Virus record (IMG/VR): IMGVR_UViG_3300022744_000020
Coordinates: 62,001 to 126,000 of that record
Strand: one strand, 5' to 3'
DNA length: 64,000 nucleotides
The notes beneath the pieces were generated by a model. That model had not been told where the DNA came from. It saw only the letters and a program-made list of their open reading frames with translations, and searched no databases. The translations under genes and the position numbers were made by a program. This document shows positions 1-8,476 of this stretch, one piece after another. The stretch's first letter is position 1. Each line of letters opens with the position of its first letter.

Positions 1-126
1 GGGATCAGCGAGGCCATGAGTCAGAATCAAGGTGCCAACATGGACGTGAAGGAAGCGGCGCTGTATTCCAAGGCTTCCTACATCGTGGACTTCCTGCTGG
101 ATCAAGTCGAACTCGTGAGCATCTAA
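1..126 (+). CDS. 3' end of a conserved jumbo-phage protein (phiKZ gp177-like by position), partial
   Basis: Frame 1 is open from the window edge (GISEAMSQNQ...LLDQVELVSI*) to TAA at 124-126 and abuts the next ATG. Confidence 0.6.
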   Translation, partial: GISEAMSQNQGANMDVKEAALYSKASYIVDFLLDQVELVSI

Positions 127-849
127 ATGCAATCCACCTCCTACGTCAGAAACCGGCAAGCAGTTCTGGATGATCTGGTTTTGGGGGAGGACTCGCGGAT
201 GATCACCAAGCAAGGTTGCAAAATCCACATACCCACCCGGTATGTGGAGTACAAGCTGGGTCAAATCGGCTTGACCAACCTGATCCTTGGTATCCATGCA
301 ATCATCGTCGGGAATCAGTACGCTGTACGCATCGTGGATGCCATGATGCGGATCCGTCCAACGACCACGACGAAGATCAAGGTGGATGACGAAGATTACT
401 ACGAGTTCGATTTCCCTCCTGGCTCTGTGGTTTACGAGTCGACCGATCTCGTGAAGACGCCAACCCTGGTGTACTTCATTCAGACTCCGTTCTTTACCCG
501 AGGAAAAACTCCTTGGTTCATGAACTATCTGGATCGGGCTGAAATCTTCAGCACTGCTCAAAAGCACGCCGGTGCTGCGATTGGTCTGAACCGGGAAATT
601 CCGGAGTTTCTGGTCTCTCTGACCTCTCGAGACGCCCAGGATCAATCAGTCGAATATCGTCACGCGATCAAGAGCATTGATGACGTCTACCGCCGGCCTG
701 CGATGACAGTCCCGGTTCGTAACGTTTCGACTTCGGCCAGTGGCACCTTCAGCAAGCTTGGAGGCGCCTACATGCGTCAAGGGGTGGTGTCGGCCCTGGT
801 CAAGCCCAGTGAGCGCTCTAGCGACATTGAGACGATTCTGAGACAGTAA
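127..849 (+). CDS. conserved phiKZ gp176-like virion/vRNAP-associated protein
   Basis: 240 aa ORF directly upstream of the prohead protease, matching recalled gp177-176-175 order. Confidence 0.6.
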   Translation: MQSTSYVRNRQAVLDDLVLGEDSRMITKQGCKIHIPTRYVEYKLGQIGLTNLILGIHAIIVGNQYAVRIVDAMMRIRPTTTTKIKVDDEDYYEFDFPPGSVVYESTDLVKTPTLVYFIQTPFFTRGKTPWFMNYLDRAEIFSTAQKHAGAAIGLNREIPEFLVSLTSRDAQDQSVEYRHAIKSIDDVYRRPAMTVPVRNVSTSASGTFSKLGGAYMRQGVVSALVKPSERSSDIETILRQ

Positions 850-863
850 TCCAATCACCGTTC

Positions 864-902
864 ATACGCTACCTGCACGGTAAACCCGTGCAGGTAGCGT
901 AT
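864..902. terminator. 17-bp perfect hairpin without a U-tract
   Basis: atacgctacctgcacgg-taaac-ccgtgcaggtagcgtat. Confidence 0.65.
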
Positions 903-963
903 TGTGATTTTATTTTATAGACTGCGCTCTCTTCGACTCTTTTCTTTTAAGGACCTTTATCAC

Positions 964-1761
964 ATGGTAATAACAAGGCCACTTGGTGCTGCGAAGCCCC
1001 AGAAAACCTTATTCTCTTGCACGGCACTACCGGCAAACAAAGCCGGTATTCTCAAAAAGGACGAGTTCGGTTATTTCGAGATTCCCATCGGGGGATTGAA
1101 TTGCTTTAATTCTGCGGGTCATTGGTACACCGCCGATCAAACTGCTGAGCTGTTCGCTAAGAGCTCCCACCTGAATCGAAGAATCGAAGACGGCAGACTC
1201 TTTGCAGAGGCGGGCCATCCGAAGCGCCTTCCCGGTCAGTCTGAAGACGACTATATCCAGCGCATCCTCACCATTGAGGAATCTATGGTGGCTGGACATT
1301 GGGCCAGCATCCGATTGGACTATGACTCCATCAAGGATGAAAGAGGCCGTCCGGTTGTGGCCATGATCGGCAAGGTCAAAGGTGAGGGGAAATTCGGTCC
1401 GGCACTTGAAAGTAGTTTGCTCAATCCCAAGATCAACACCGCGTTTTCGATTCGGTCTTTCACTGAGGACAGTTTTGTCGCAGGTGTTAGAAACCGAATT
1501 ATCCGTCAGATCATCACGTGGGACTGGGTCATCGAGCCGGGTATCTCGTTTGCGGGCAAATACAACAGCCCGTCTCTGGAGGGTCGCCGACTGGCGGTCG
1601 ATCTGGAGTCTGCTGAAATGACCCGTGAGGTCATTCAGCGAGCCATGCGCAAGCCTGTGTTGGCTGGCATGGAGTCCTGCCGTCTGATGGGCGTGGAGCT
1701 GTTCCAGCAGCTTGGTTGGAACATGGACGTGGGCGATCTTCCAAGTTACGCCAAGTGGTGA
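964..1761 (+). CDS. prohead (head maturation) protease, phiKZ gp175/T4 gp21 family
   Basis: Motifs AEAGHP (His), AFSIRS (Ser), ITWDWVIEPG (Asp) and a C-terminal SLE autocleavage-type site; start moved to ATG 964 behind AAGGA. Confidence 0.9.
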   Translation: MVITRPLGAAKPQKTLFSCTALPANKAGILKKDEFGYFEIPIGGLNCFNSAGHWYTADQTAELFAKSSHLNRRIEDGRLFAEAGHPKRLPGQSEDDYIQRILTIEESMVAGHWASIRLDYDSIKDERGRPVVAMIGKVKGEGKFGPALESSLLNPKINTAFSIRSFTEDSFVAGVRNRIIRQIITWDWVIEPGISFAGKYNSPSLEGRRLAVDLESAEMTREVIQRAMRKPVLAGMESCRLMGVELFQQLGWNMDVGDLPSYAKW

Positions 1762-1780
1762 TGGCCAAAAAATAAACCAG

Positions 1781-1815
1781 AGGTATCTGGCTCCCACAAA
1801 GGGAGCCAGATACCT
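1781..1815. terminator. terminator between convergent genes
   Basis: 15-bp stem aggtatctggctccc/gggagccagatacct; the upstream A-tract gives a U-tract on the minus strand. Confidence 0.75.
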
Positions 1816-1967
1816 TACTTTGATCGTCCGGTGCTTACGCGCTCCCATGGACCAGAGCTGCTTTTGTTGGTGAACCAAATGCAAAATCCGATGACAAGCG
1901 AAGCCACACCAATTAAGACCAGAAGAAGAAAAACCAAATAAATCTCAAGTTCGTTCAATGGCTGCAC
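1815..1967 (-). CDS. 50-aa single-TM membrane protein (absent from the ORF track)
   Basis: GGAG then GTG start; MQPLNELEIYLVFLLLVLIGVASLVIGFCIWFTNKSSSGPWERVSTGRSK*; stop lies at the terminator. Confidence 0.7.
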   Translation of the reverse strand: MQPLNELEIYLVFLLLVLIGVASLVIGFCIWFTNKSSSGPWERVSTGRSK

Positions 1968-2016
1968 AGTCGACTCCAGGTAGAGAAAATAAAGAACTAA
2001 TTCGATACGGTATTAA

Positions 2017-2364
2017 ATGTCTTTATTTTACTGGAGTATGGCAATGGACACTGGGGCGGCATTATCTTTCGACAAGATGATCCAATTCGTGAATAAAATG
2101 ATCCCGATCTTGGATCAGAGCACCAAGTCTTCTGACTACCCTTCTGCCGTTGATTGGCTTTCGGCGTTAGGTCAAAAGAAAAGAAGCCTGGAAACGATTC
2201 GGGCTCTGCTGCAAGAGTTTCGCCTTTACGATGATTTTCCAGGGCTCGATGGAAGATGTCTATCGGAAATCAGCAGAGTCGTCAAGGAATTAGGGATCCT
2301 GAAGAAAATGGAGAATGGAACTCCGTTCTCGGCCTTTGATGTTTCTCTGGCCTTCAAACACTGA
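2017..2364 (+). CDS. hypothetical protein
   Basis: 115 aa ORF followed by a hairpin; true start may be ATG 2044 after GGAG. Confidence 0.6.
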   Translation: MSLFYWSMAMDTGAALSFDKMIQFVNKMIPILDQSTKSSDYPSAVDWLSALGQKKRSLETIRALLQEFRLYDDFPGLDGRCLSEISRVVKELGILKKMENGTPFSAFDVSLAFKH

Positions 2365-2374
2365 AGGAGCTAAC

Positions 2375-2413
2375 CTTACTCCTCCATCGCCGTAAAAGCG
2401 ATGGAGGAGTAAG
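2375..2413 (+). terminator. 16-bp hairpin
   Basis: cttactcctccatcgc...gcgatggaggagtaag. Confidence 0.65.
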
Positions 2414-2436
2414 TAATCTGCAGTTTTTTATGGTCA

Positions 2437-2451
2437 TATATTGTTTTGGTG
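2437..2451 (+). promoter_or_regulatory. early promoter motif
   Basis: TATATTGT-tttgg-TG, a member of the recurrent motif. Confidence 0.6.
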
Positions 2452-2486
2452 AATCTCCACCTAAACTCCTGAGTAAAGGAACTCTC

Positions 2487-2837
2487 ATGACCTGGAACTT
2501 CTTCTCCCTCCTCCTTCGCGCTCTTCATTCGCTGTCGGATTTGATTTGGATGGCCCTGATGTACTTGAGTGACTACGACGCGATCGTGAACGACTATCAC
2601 AATCGCGTCGACCGTCTACACGATCTGATCTGCCACCGGCGGGTAGGTCGCAAGGCCAACGCCCTTCCCGGCTGGTCCGTCCAGAAGGAACTCGAAGAAC
2701 TTGACAGCATCCGTGAGGACCTTCTGCGTGATGCTGCGAAGCTGTATTCGGGACGAGAGGATATGGAGTCGTTTGTGAAGTCTTACGACCTCATGCTGGA
2801 GGCTGTTCGAACCCACCTCACTTGGAGTGCCAAGTGA
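2487..2837 (+). CDS. hypothetical protein with a hydrophobic N-terminus
   Basis: AAAGGA RBS then ATG 2487; lies between a promoter motif and a terminator. Confidence 0.7.
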   Translation: MTWNFFSLLLRALHSLSDLIWMALMYLSDYDAIVNDYHNRVDRLHDLICHRRVGRKANALPGWSVQKELEELDSIREDLLRDAAKLYSGREDMESFVKSYDLMLEAVRTHLTWSAK

Positions 2838-2860
2838 ATCGAGTGACTCGTTGGTGAGAG

Positions 2861-2891
2861 AGAAAAGGGGCTCGTCTCCCCTTTTCTTTTT
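2861..2891 (+). terminator. Rho-independent terminator
   Basis: agaaaagggg-loop-ccccttttct followed by a T run. Confidence 0.7.
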
Positions 2892-2927
2892 ACTAACTAA
2901 AATCCACATTCCAATTATTTTCAGTCA

Positions 2928-2942
2928 CATATAACCAATGTG
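2928..2942 (+). promoter_or_regulatory. early promoter motif
   Basis: CATATAAC-caatg-TG; near-identical to 59425-59439. Confidence 0.7.
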
Positions 2943-3006
2943 AATCGAGTACAAATCGTGTATTCGAGCAACATTTCCCAAACCACTCCTGAGAAAAGGA
3001 TTTGAA

Positions 3007-3111
3007 ATGAAGTCTCTCCTCGTCCACCTCTTCGTCGATCAGTGGGAAAAATGGGTCGGCGCAGTGACCGTCGGCGTCTTCTTCGCTGTTCTCATCGCTC
3101 AAGGAGCTTAA
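3007..3111 (+). CDS. 34-aa hydrophobic micropeptide 1
   Basis: AAGGA RBS; MKSLLVHLFVDQWEKWVGAVTVGVFFAVLIAQGA*. Confidence 0.75.
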   Translation: MKSLLVHLFVDQWEKWVGAVTVGVFFAVLIAQGA

Positions 3112-3113
3112 AA

Positions 3114-3215
3114 ATGAAAGCATTCGACATCACTGTTCAAGCAGCTTGGGTCGTGATTGGCCTGAGTATCGCCGCCAAAGGCGTGCAGATGATCCTGACC
3201 ACTGGCAACAAGTAA
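3114..3215 (+). CDS. 33-aa hydrophobic micropeptide 2
   Basis: AAGGAG RBS; MKAFDITVQAAWVVIGLSIAAKGVQMILTTGNK*. Confidence 0.75.
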   Translation: MKAFDITVQAAWVVIGLSIAAKGVQMILTTGNK

Positions 3216-3225
3216 GGAGCCAAAG

Positions 3226-3324
3226 ATGTTTCGTATTCTCATTGGATGCTTTCTCGTCGCCGTCGGCGCTGGCATCGCTCGTGACGCCCTTGAAGAGATC
3301 GGAGAGCTGATGGAAGACAACTGA
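3226..3324 (+). CDS. 32-aa hydrophobic micropeptide 3
   Basis: TAAGGAG RBS; MFRILIGCFLVAVGAGIARDALEEIGELMEDN*. Confidence 0.75.
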   Translation: MFRILIGCFLVAVGAGIARDALEEIGELMEDN

Positions 3325-3386
3325 CACCCATCTTCCTCTCTTCAACACCCTTCTCTCTTTTCCTACCACACTCCCGGAGCAACACC

Positions 3387-3689
3387 ATGACCCAAGCTGA
3401 AACCAACGCCCAAGCCACCAACGAAACCAACAACGGCACCCCTCCCTTCAACGAAGAACAAGCAAACGCTGCCTATGAGGAAGCCACGCGCAAGACGCGC
3501 GAAGCCGAGGAGAAGGCTGCCGCTGAAGAGGCGGCACGCATCCGCAAGAACCTCCTGATCGCAGCCGGCAGCTTCGCTGCTGGTGCTGCCTCGGCCGTGG
3601 GCGTCGCCTACGCCTGCTGGAAGTTCTTCGGAAGCAAGAGCGGTGACGCTCCTGCCACTGCTGCTCCGACCGACGTCCCGTCGGCTTGA
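3387..3689 (+). CDS. small protein with a charged helix and a C-terminal membrane segment
   Basis: GGAG RBS; EEAARIRK then LLIAAGSFAAGAASAVGVAYACW; biased codons. Confidence 0.8.
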   Translation: MTQAETNAQATNETNNGTPPFNEEQANAAYEEATRKTREAEEKAAAEEAARIRKNLLIAAGSFAAGAASAVGVAYACWKFFGSKSGDAPATAAPTDVPSA

Positions 3690-3694
3690 GCCAT

Positions 3695-3742
3695 GAGCCC
3701 TACGGGGCTCACCAAGAACGGTAACCCCGTTCTTTTTTATTT
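3695..3742 (+). terminator. tandem hairpins ending in a U-tract
   Basis: tgagccc-tacg-gggctca, then aagaacgg-taacc-ccgttctt-ttttatt. Confidence 0.7.
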
Positions 3743-3777
3743 GTTCTGACTATTTTGTAGCTAAACCCCTACCCCAG

Positions 3778-4281
3778 GTGCCTGACTTTATGTTTGTCAA
3801 CATCCCACTCGCCAGAGTCACTTCTCCTTCTTCTACTCCTGAAGAAGCACCTCTAGTCAACATCACTGGAGTTATCTACGACAAAGGAAACAGATCTGTT
3901 GGGTGTAAGCTATCCTTCCCACCAATGAAGGACTATCGCAATCAATCCAAAGAATCTTCTCTGGGGGAGATTACCTCAGAGCAAGCAAGTAGGATGATCG
4001 AAAGAGGGCAAGCATTTGTCGAGATGCATCCACCGACCGATGATCGAATCTGCCGTATGGTCACCATTGATGATCGCAATGTTGCTGGTACGATGGAGAA
4101 TTTCAATTTAGAAGGAGACGTACTTATCGGAGATTTCCGACCATTGAACAAGAAAGTCTGCGATTTATTTTCATCCGGCCAAGTAAGTTTTGGCATCCGC
4201 TCTTACCGTGACGAGGACAACAAACCCGTCATTGTTACCTGGGACCTTGTCCCTTCTTCCACCCAACCCAACGAGGCTTAA
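3778..4281 (+). CDS. prohead-protease paralog, probably catalytically altered
   Basis: Blocks collinear with 964..1761: FVEMHPP, RMVTIDDRNVAG, SFGIRSY, IVTWDLV; start uncertain. Confidence 0.7.
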   Translation: MPDFMFVNIPLARVTSPSSTPEEAPLVNITGVIYDKGNRSVGCKLSFPPMKDYRNQSKESSLGEITSEQASRMIERGQAFVEMHPPTDDRICRMVTIDDRNVAGTMENFNLEGDVLIGDFRPLNKKVCDLFSSGQVSFGIRSYRDEDNKPVIVTWDLVPSSTQPNEA

Positions 4282-4284
4282 GCC

Positions 4285-4905
4285 ATGACCCAAGATCAAA
4301 TCACCCAAGACCAAGCCACTCCCGTCACGACTGACGAGGCTGCGTCCACGAATCAAAGCAACCCCATGGAGCCGGTCTACGATCGCTACAACCGCACGAT
4401 CCTGACGAACGTCAATCTGCGCCTGCCCTATGTGGATGTTGTGCTCAAGGACAAAGAAAACCCTGTCTTCCACTGCTTCCGACTGAACACGGGTCTGATC
4501 AATTCGGTTCACAAGGACCGTGAACTGCCGGAAAAGTTCCTTACGGACGCCTCCAATCCGTCGGTCGTGATGTCGGAGTACGTTTTCAATGAATCGAACA
4601 TCCTGGAGATCCTCGAGCTGGAACTGGTGGAGGGGGTTCTCGCGCCTACCGTGTATCAAGGAACGCAAGAAGTGGATCCCACTTCGGAGCTTTACGGTGC
4701 AACCCGTCCGACCTATCCCAAGAAGGACGAAGACACATTCGGTCTGAGCCTGCTGGTCCAGATCACGATCGATCAATCCACGGGCGTGCTGGGTAGCTAC
4801 ATCGATCATTTCGAGGTCAACTCGAATCGCTGGACAGTTGCTGAAGATCGCTACCAAAATCTCCAGCCGATCCAAGTGCGAATCGACTTCAGTGCCAAGC
4901 GCTGA
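4285..4905 (+). CDS. hypothetical acidic protein
   Basis: 206 aa, GAGG RBS, 3 nt after the upstream stop. Confidence 0.75.
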   Translation: MTQDQITQDQATPVTTDEAASTNQSNPMEPVYDRYNRTILTNVNLRLPYVDVVLKDKENPVFHCFRLNTGLINSVHKDRELPEKFLTDASNPSVVMSEYVFNESNILEILELELVEGVLAPTVYQGTQEVDPTSELYGATRPTYPKKDEDTFGLSLLVQITIDQSTGVLGSYIDHFEVNSNRWTVAEDRYQNLQPIQVRIDFSAKR

Positions 4906-4920
4906 TTTCTGAAGACAGCA

Positions 4921-4964
4921 TACGCCCCCCACCATCCCGATTTCTCGGGATGGTGGGGGGCGTA
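4921..4964. terminator. 20-bp perfect hairpin between convergent genes
   Basis: tacgccccccaccatcccga-tttc-tcgggatggtggggggcgta. Confidence 0.75.
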
Positions 4965-4969
4965 CCTAT

Positions 4970-5914
4970 TTATTTGTACTTCTTCTTCGCTCGGTTCAAT
5001 GCATTGACTGCCTTGCTGAAGGTGTATTGATTCGACGACGAGACATTGATCAGCACCTTGTCCGAATTGCCGAAATGAACCGTCACGGATCCAAGACCTT
5101 CGACAACAGCCTCGATTTCACGGACGCGCTCCGCGGGAATGACAAAACCCACGTGGCGTCCGAGGGGATAGACCATAGCCACGTCTGCTGGCGTCTCAGG
5201 GGTAGCGTCTCCGAGAGGGGCTTGTGCGGCGTCGGAAGAGGGATTATCGTGGATGATGGGCATGGCCTTACCTTTGTCTTGGGTTTCTTTGAAAAATGCC
5301 GTCAGTGTGGAAAAACTTTCAGGCGTGACTTCGAAGCCAACTTGGCCTCCGAATACTGGCTGAGTGGTGGGCTCAGGAGTTTCTTGGACTTCTCTCCACT
5401 CAGTGGTGGTGTGTATTGGACCAGCAGAGGTCCAGGTCAAGGGGATGTCGACAAACTGTGGGTCGACGATAACTTCGCTTACCTCTTTGTTCGGCGCTAT
5501 GGGGAACTTCACCACGGCGGCACTTGGAGGTTCTTTGGAGTCTGACCATTCCCAGTCGATGCTGGGTATCTGATAAAACCAAATACCCTCGTTGACTACC
5601 CCACATTGGAGATGATGCTTCTTCATCAACTTTGCGTAATGACCGACGAAAAAGTTTTTCAGCGGCACAGTAAAGTTGATCTCTAACGGAAAGCTACTGC
5701 CGTCCTTCGGTAAACGAATCGAGAAACTTTGGAGACTCATCCGAAAGTGGCAATGATGGCTCCAGAACTCTTGAACGATTTCGTACTCAGGAGAGCCAGG
5801 TTTGAGAATCGAGTCAAGCATACCATCTTGGAGGGCTTGACTGACCGGTATTTCTTTAGTGCCTGTTTTTCGGATTGCGTTGAAAAGGAATCGGGTCATG
5901 GACATAGTGAGCAT
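4970..5914 (-). CDS. hypothetical multi-domain protein with a Pro/Thr-rich linker
   Basis: 314 aa ORF ending at the hairpin. Confidence 0.75.
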   Translation of the reverse strand: MLTMSMTRFLFNAIRKTGTKEIPVSQALQDGMLDSILKPGSPEYEIVQEFWSHHCHFRMSLQSFSIRLPKDGSSFPLEINFTVPLKNFFVGHYAKLMKKHHLQCGVVNEGIWFYQIPSIDWEWSDSKEPPSAAVVKFPIAPNKEVSEVIVDPQFVDIPLTWTSAGPIHTTTEWREVQETPEPTTQPVFGGQVGFEVTPESFSTLTAFFKETQDKGKAMPIIHDNPSSDAAQAPLGDATPETPADVAMVYPLGRHVGFVIPAERVREIEAVVEGLGSVTVHFGNSDKVLINVSSSNQYTFSKAVNALNRAKKKYK

Positions 5915-5982
5915 CGCTTTCTTGAAAGACCACGTGTCCTAAGACACTAGATAATTTATTTAACTGCATTTTTTTAAAAACA

Positions 5983-5997
5983 CATATTACTTTTTAG
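5983..5997 (+). promoter_or_regulatory. early promoter motif
   Basis: CATATTAC-ttttt-AG after an AT-rich tract. Confidence 0.6.
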
Positions 5998-6027
5998 AAT
6001 AGTCCATTTAACCGACGGAGAACACTC

Positions 6028-6714
6028 ATGGCCGACCGCCTCAATCTCAAGAAACCCCTCATCACCCCGAAGATGCTCGTCAATACCTACGAAGCCGTTT
6101 ATTCGGGAGGGGTTAAATACCCCCGTGAAGGAACGCAAGCCATCAGTCTAATCCGTCAGCTCTATGAGCTGTACGTTGGAGTGGTCGAGGTGAGGAATCA
6201 CGAAATTGGAGGGGTGAAGATGAGTACCATCGAAATCCCGATTTCCAAAGCTGCGGGACACTCCAAGCCGTACCTGGAGATGCTAGTTCTCAATATGCAG
6301 CAGTCGGCAAAATGCCCGTTTTTAATTGTTAGCGACGCTGAGATGGTTTGCTTGTCTTGGCACCACACTGATTTCGAAGACGCTTCTCTGTTCCTCTCCA
6401 AGCAACTCAAACGTTTGGATTATGCCAGAGGCATTACCCAGGGAAATCGCCTTTTGATGGACGACCCCCGCGTGCAGGAAAGCGCGGAAAGAATCATTCG
6501 AGTGATCGGCTTCCCGGAAACAATTAAGATATGCTCGAGCAGTTTACTGACAGGCATCTTAATCGTTGAGTTCACCCTCTCACCGGTCAAGAACGTGCAG
6601 CGCAGTGAGTACATGCGCACTAAGGTGCGAGATGCCTTCGATGGCCACTGCAGAGATTTCAGTATTCGGAAGACTCCAGGACTCCCTTCTTTCCGCGTGG
6701 CAATTCATCTCTGA
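6028..6714 (+). CDS. hypothetical protein
   Basis: GGAG RBS, 228 aa; terminator-like hairpin with cttcgg loop and T run at about 6728-6752. Confidence 0.8.
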   Translation: MADRLNLKKPLITPKMLVNTYEAVYSGGVKYPREGTQAISLIRQLYELYVGVVEVRNHEIGGVKMSTIEIPISKAAGHSKPYLEMLVLNMQQSAKCPFLIVSDAEMVCLSWHHTDFEDASLFLSKQLKRLDYARGITQGNRLLMDDPRVQESAERIIRVIGFPETIKICSSSLLTGILIVEFTLSPVKNVQRSEYMRTKVRDAFDGHCRDFSIRKTPGLPSFRVAIHL

Positions 6715-6867
6715 GTCAGAGATGGCGGGGGGCTTCGGCCCTCTATTTTTTGTTGATTCAAAAACTCTAAAAACATACATTATCGATGTAACCAACAGCT
6801 TAAAAAACGAAAACACTGAGGTATTGTTTAATAGAGTATTCCCCACTCGATTCCTGCGGGAGAAATA

Positions 6868-7161
6868 ATGGCATTAACCCATGTCGTTGTTTTGCCTCCG
6901 GATCCATCGAAAGCATGTGAGGATGAACTTGTAGCGCAACTGGCTCGTGTAGAAAGTCTTGCAAAGGACTTGCTGTTAACCGCCGGAAATCTAAAACAGA
7001 TGGGGAATCTAGGTCATCCTCAAGACGCATGCTATCACGCAGGTCGTGTTAGAAGTATGGCCGATATGATCGCTATGCTCTCGACGCAACTGAAAATGAT
7101 GGACCCTACACAACAACACAAGTTTTTGGAAATAACGCTGTCACCAGAGATCCCGAAATAA
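6868..7161 (+). CDS. hypothetical helical protein
   Basis: GGGAG RBS; TACATTAT motif at 6776. Confidence 0.7.
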   Translation: MALTHVVVLPPDPSKACEDELVAQLARVESLAKDLLLTAGNLKQMGNLGHPQDACYHAGRVRSMADMIAMLSTQLKMMDPTQQHKFLEITLSPEIPK

Positions 7162-7223
7162 TTTTTAATCCCCCCAAGCGCATCTTATGCGTTACCCCCA
7201 CATCAACCGTCAAAGGACGTTCC

Positions 7224-7820
7224 ATGTCTCTGAGTCTCCACAAAACCCGCTCGATGCTGAGCATGATCGGCACCTGGGCTGCGCTGACCCCCGTCGTCAC
7301 CGGCCTGAGCAACACGCTGAAACTGACCCTGCCGAATGGCATCCCGATGGAAGTGACCGTGCTGCGTGCCGGTGACGTCACCAAGACCACCGTGTTCTCC
7401 TTCTCCAAGAAGGACATGACTGGCGACCACCTGCTCAGCCTGCGCAAGATCCCGGAAAACAGCCCCGCAGGGATCTATGAGACGGAAGATCGCGTCTACC
7501 TGGCCGCCGAAACCAACAACCTGGAACTCAGCCAAGCGGTTCTGGAAATGCTGATTCGCCTGCCGGCGACGGTTCACGGAACCGCGATGGCCCTGAGCGA
7601 CGGCCAAGTGGTCGAGATCGCCGACTGGAAGCGCGTGAACAGCGACGCTGGCGAGATCAACTTCCGCATGGACCTGGTTCGTGCCGTCAGCGTTCAGGAC
7701 ACGCTCCTGACCGTGATCTGCGAAGGTGGCATCAATCTGTCGCTGACCATGGCGCGGAAGGTGGACGCTCTGGCTGAAGCCAAGAAGATCCGTGCCGCGC
7801 TGCCGCTGACGATGCGCTGA
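7224..7820 (+). CDS. hypothetical protein, probably highly expressed
   Basis: AAAGGA RBS, strongly C/G-ending codons, 15-bp hairpin at 7850-7884. Confidence 0.8.
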   Translation: MSLSLHKTRSMLSMIGTWAALTPVVTGLSNTLKLTLPNGIPMEVTVLRAGDVTKTTVFSFSKKDMTGDHLLSLRKIPENSPAGIYETEDRVYLAAETNNLELSQAVLEMLIRLPATVHGTAMALSDGQVVEIADWKRVNSDAGEINFRMDLVRAVSVQDTLLTVICEGGINLSLTMARKVDALAEAKKIRAALPLTMR

Positions 7821-7916
7821 TTCACGATCGCGTCTGGCGATCAACCACCAATCGGGCGTTAGGGTTTTGCCCTAACGCCCGATTATTCTCACGATTTCGT
7901 ATCTAGGAGCCCTTCC

Positions 7917-8372
7917 GTGGCAACTGTTCCCCAACCCGCAGCGATCCGAAGCACCTACGAGGTCGTTACCAAGTACGGCAAAATGGTGTCAGAACCGACG
8001 GCTCCTGTGTTCGTCGGACTCAACGACATGCTCAAAGGAGCTGTTGGTAACTACGTCACCGCGGCAAGCTCCAACCAGTCGGAAGTTCTGCTGATCGTCA
8101 GCGCTGGGACCCATCCGGTTCCTGGCGCCATCGCTCAGTCGAATCAGACTCAACTGCCCTGGCAATCGATCTGTATCGACATCACAGGCATGCGACCGCA
8201 CACCTACGAAACCCCTGGCGCTTCTAGGCTCAGCGAAATGAAACTACTGCGCAATGGCCGGGAATGGCTGTGCTACTTCTGGCATCCGAAGATGACCGCT
8301 GAAGACACCTCGGGCGTTTACGCCATGCTCAAGGAACACGTGCGTCAAGCCCCGATTCGTCGGTTCTCCTGA
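7917..8372 (+). CDS. hypothetical protein
   Basis: AGGAG RBS with GTG start; hairpin at about 8380-8419. Confidence 0.75.
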   Translation: MATVPQPAAIRSTYEVVTKYGKMVSEPTAPVFVGLNDMLKGAVGNYVTAASSNQSEVLLIVSAGTHPVPGAIAQSNQTQLPWQSICIDITGMRPHTYETPGASRLSEMKLLRNGREWLCYFWHPKMTAEDTSGVYAMLKEHVRQAPIRRFS

Positions 8373-8476
8373 CCAGAACCCCTATCCTCTCTTGCCCAAA
8401 AAAGGCAGGGGAGGATAGGTATTTATATCGATGACCCATATTGCGTAACTGGGTTAGCTTTCAATGTGAGGAAAGA

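Noticed and set aside
2893-3451. Four minus-strand ORFs in the supplied track
   Set aside because: The plus strand carries a promoter motif and three RBS-led micro-ORFs that explain the region better
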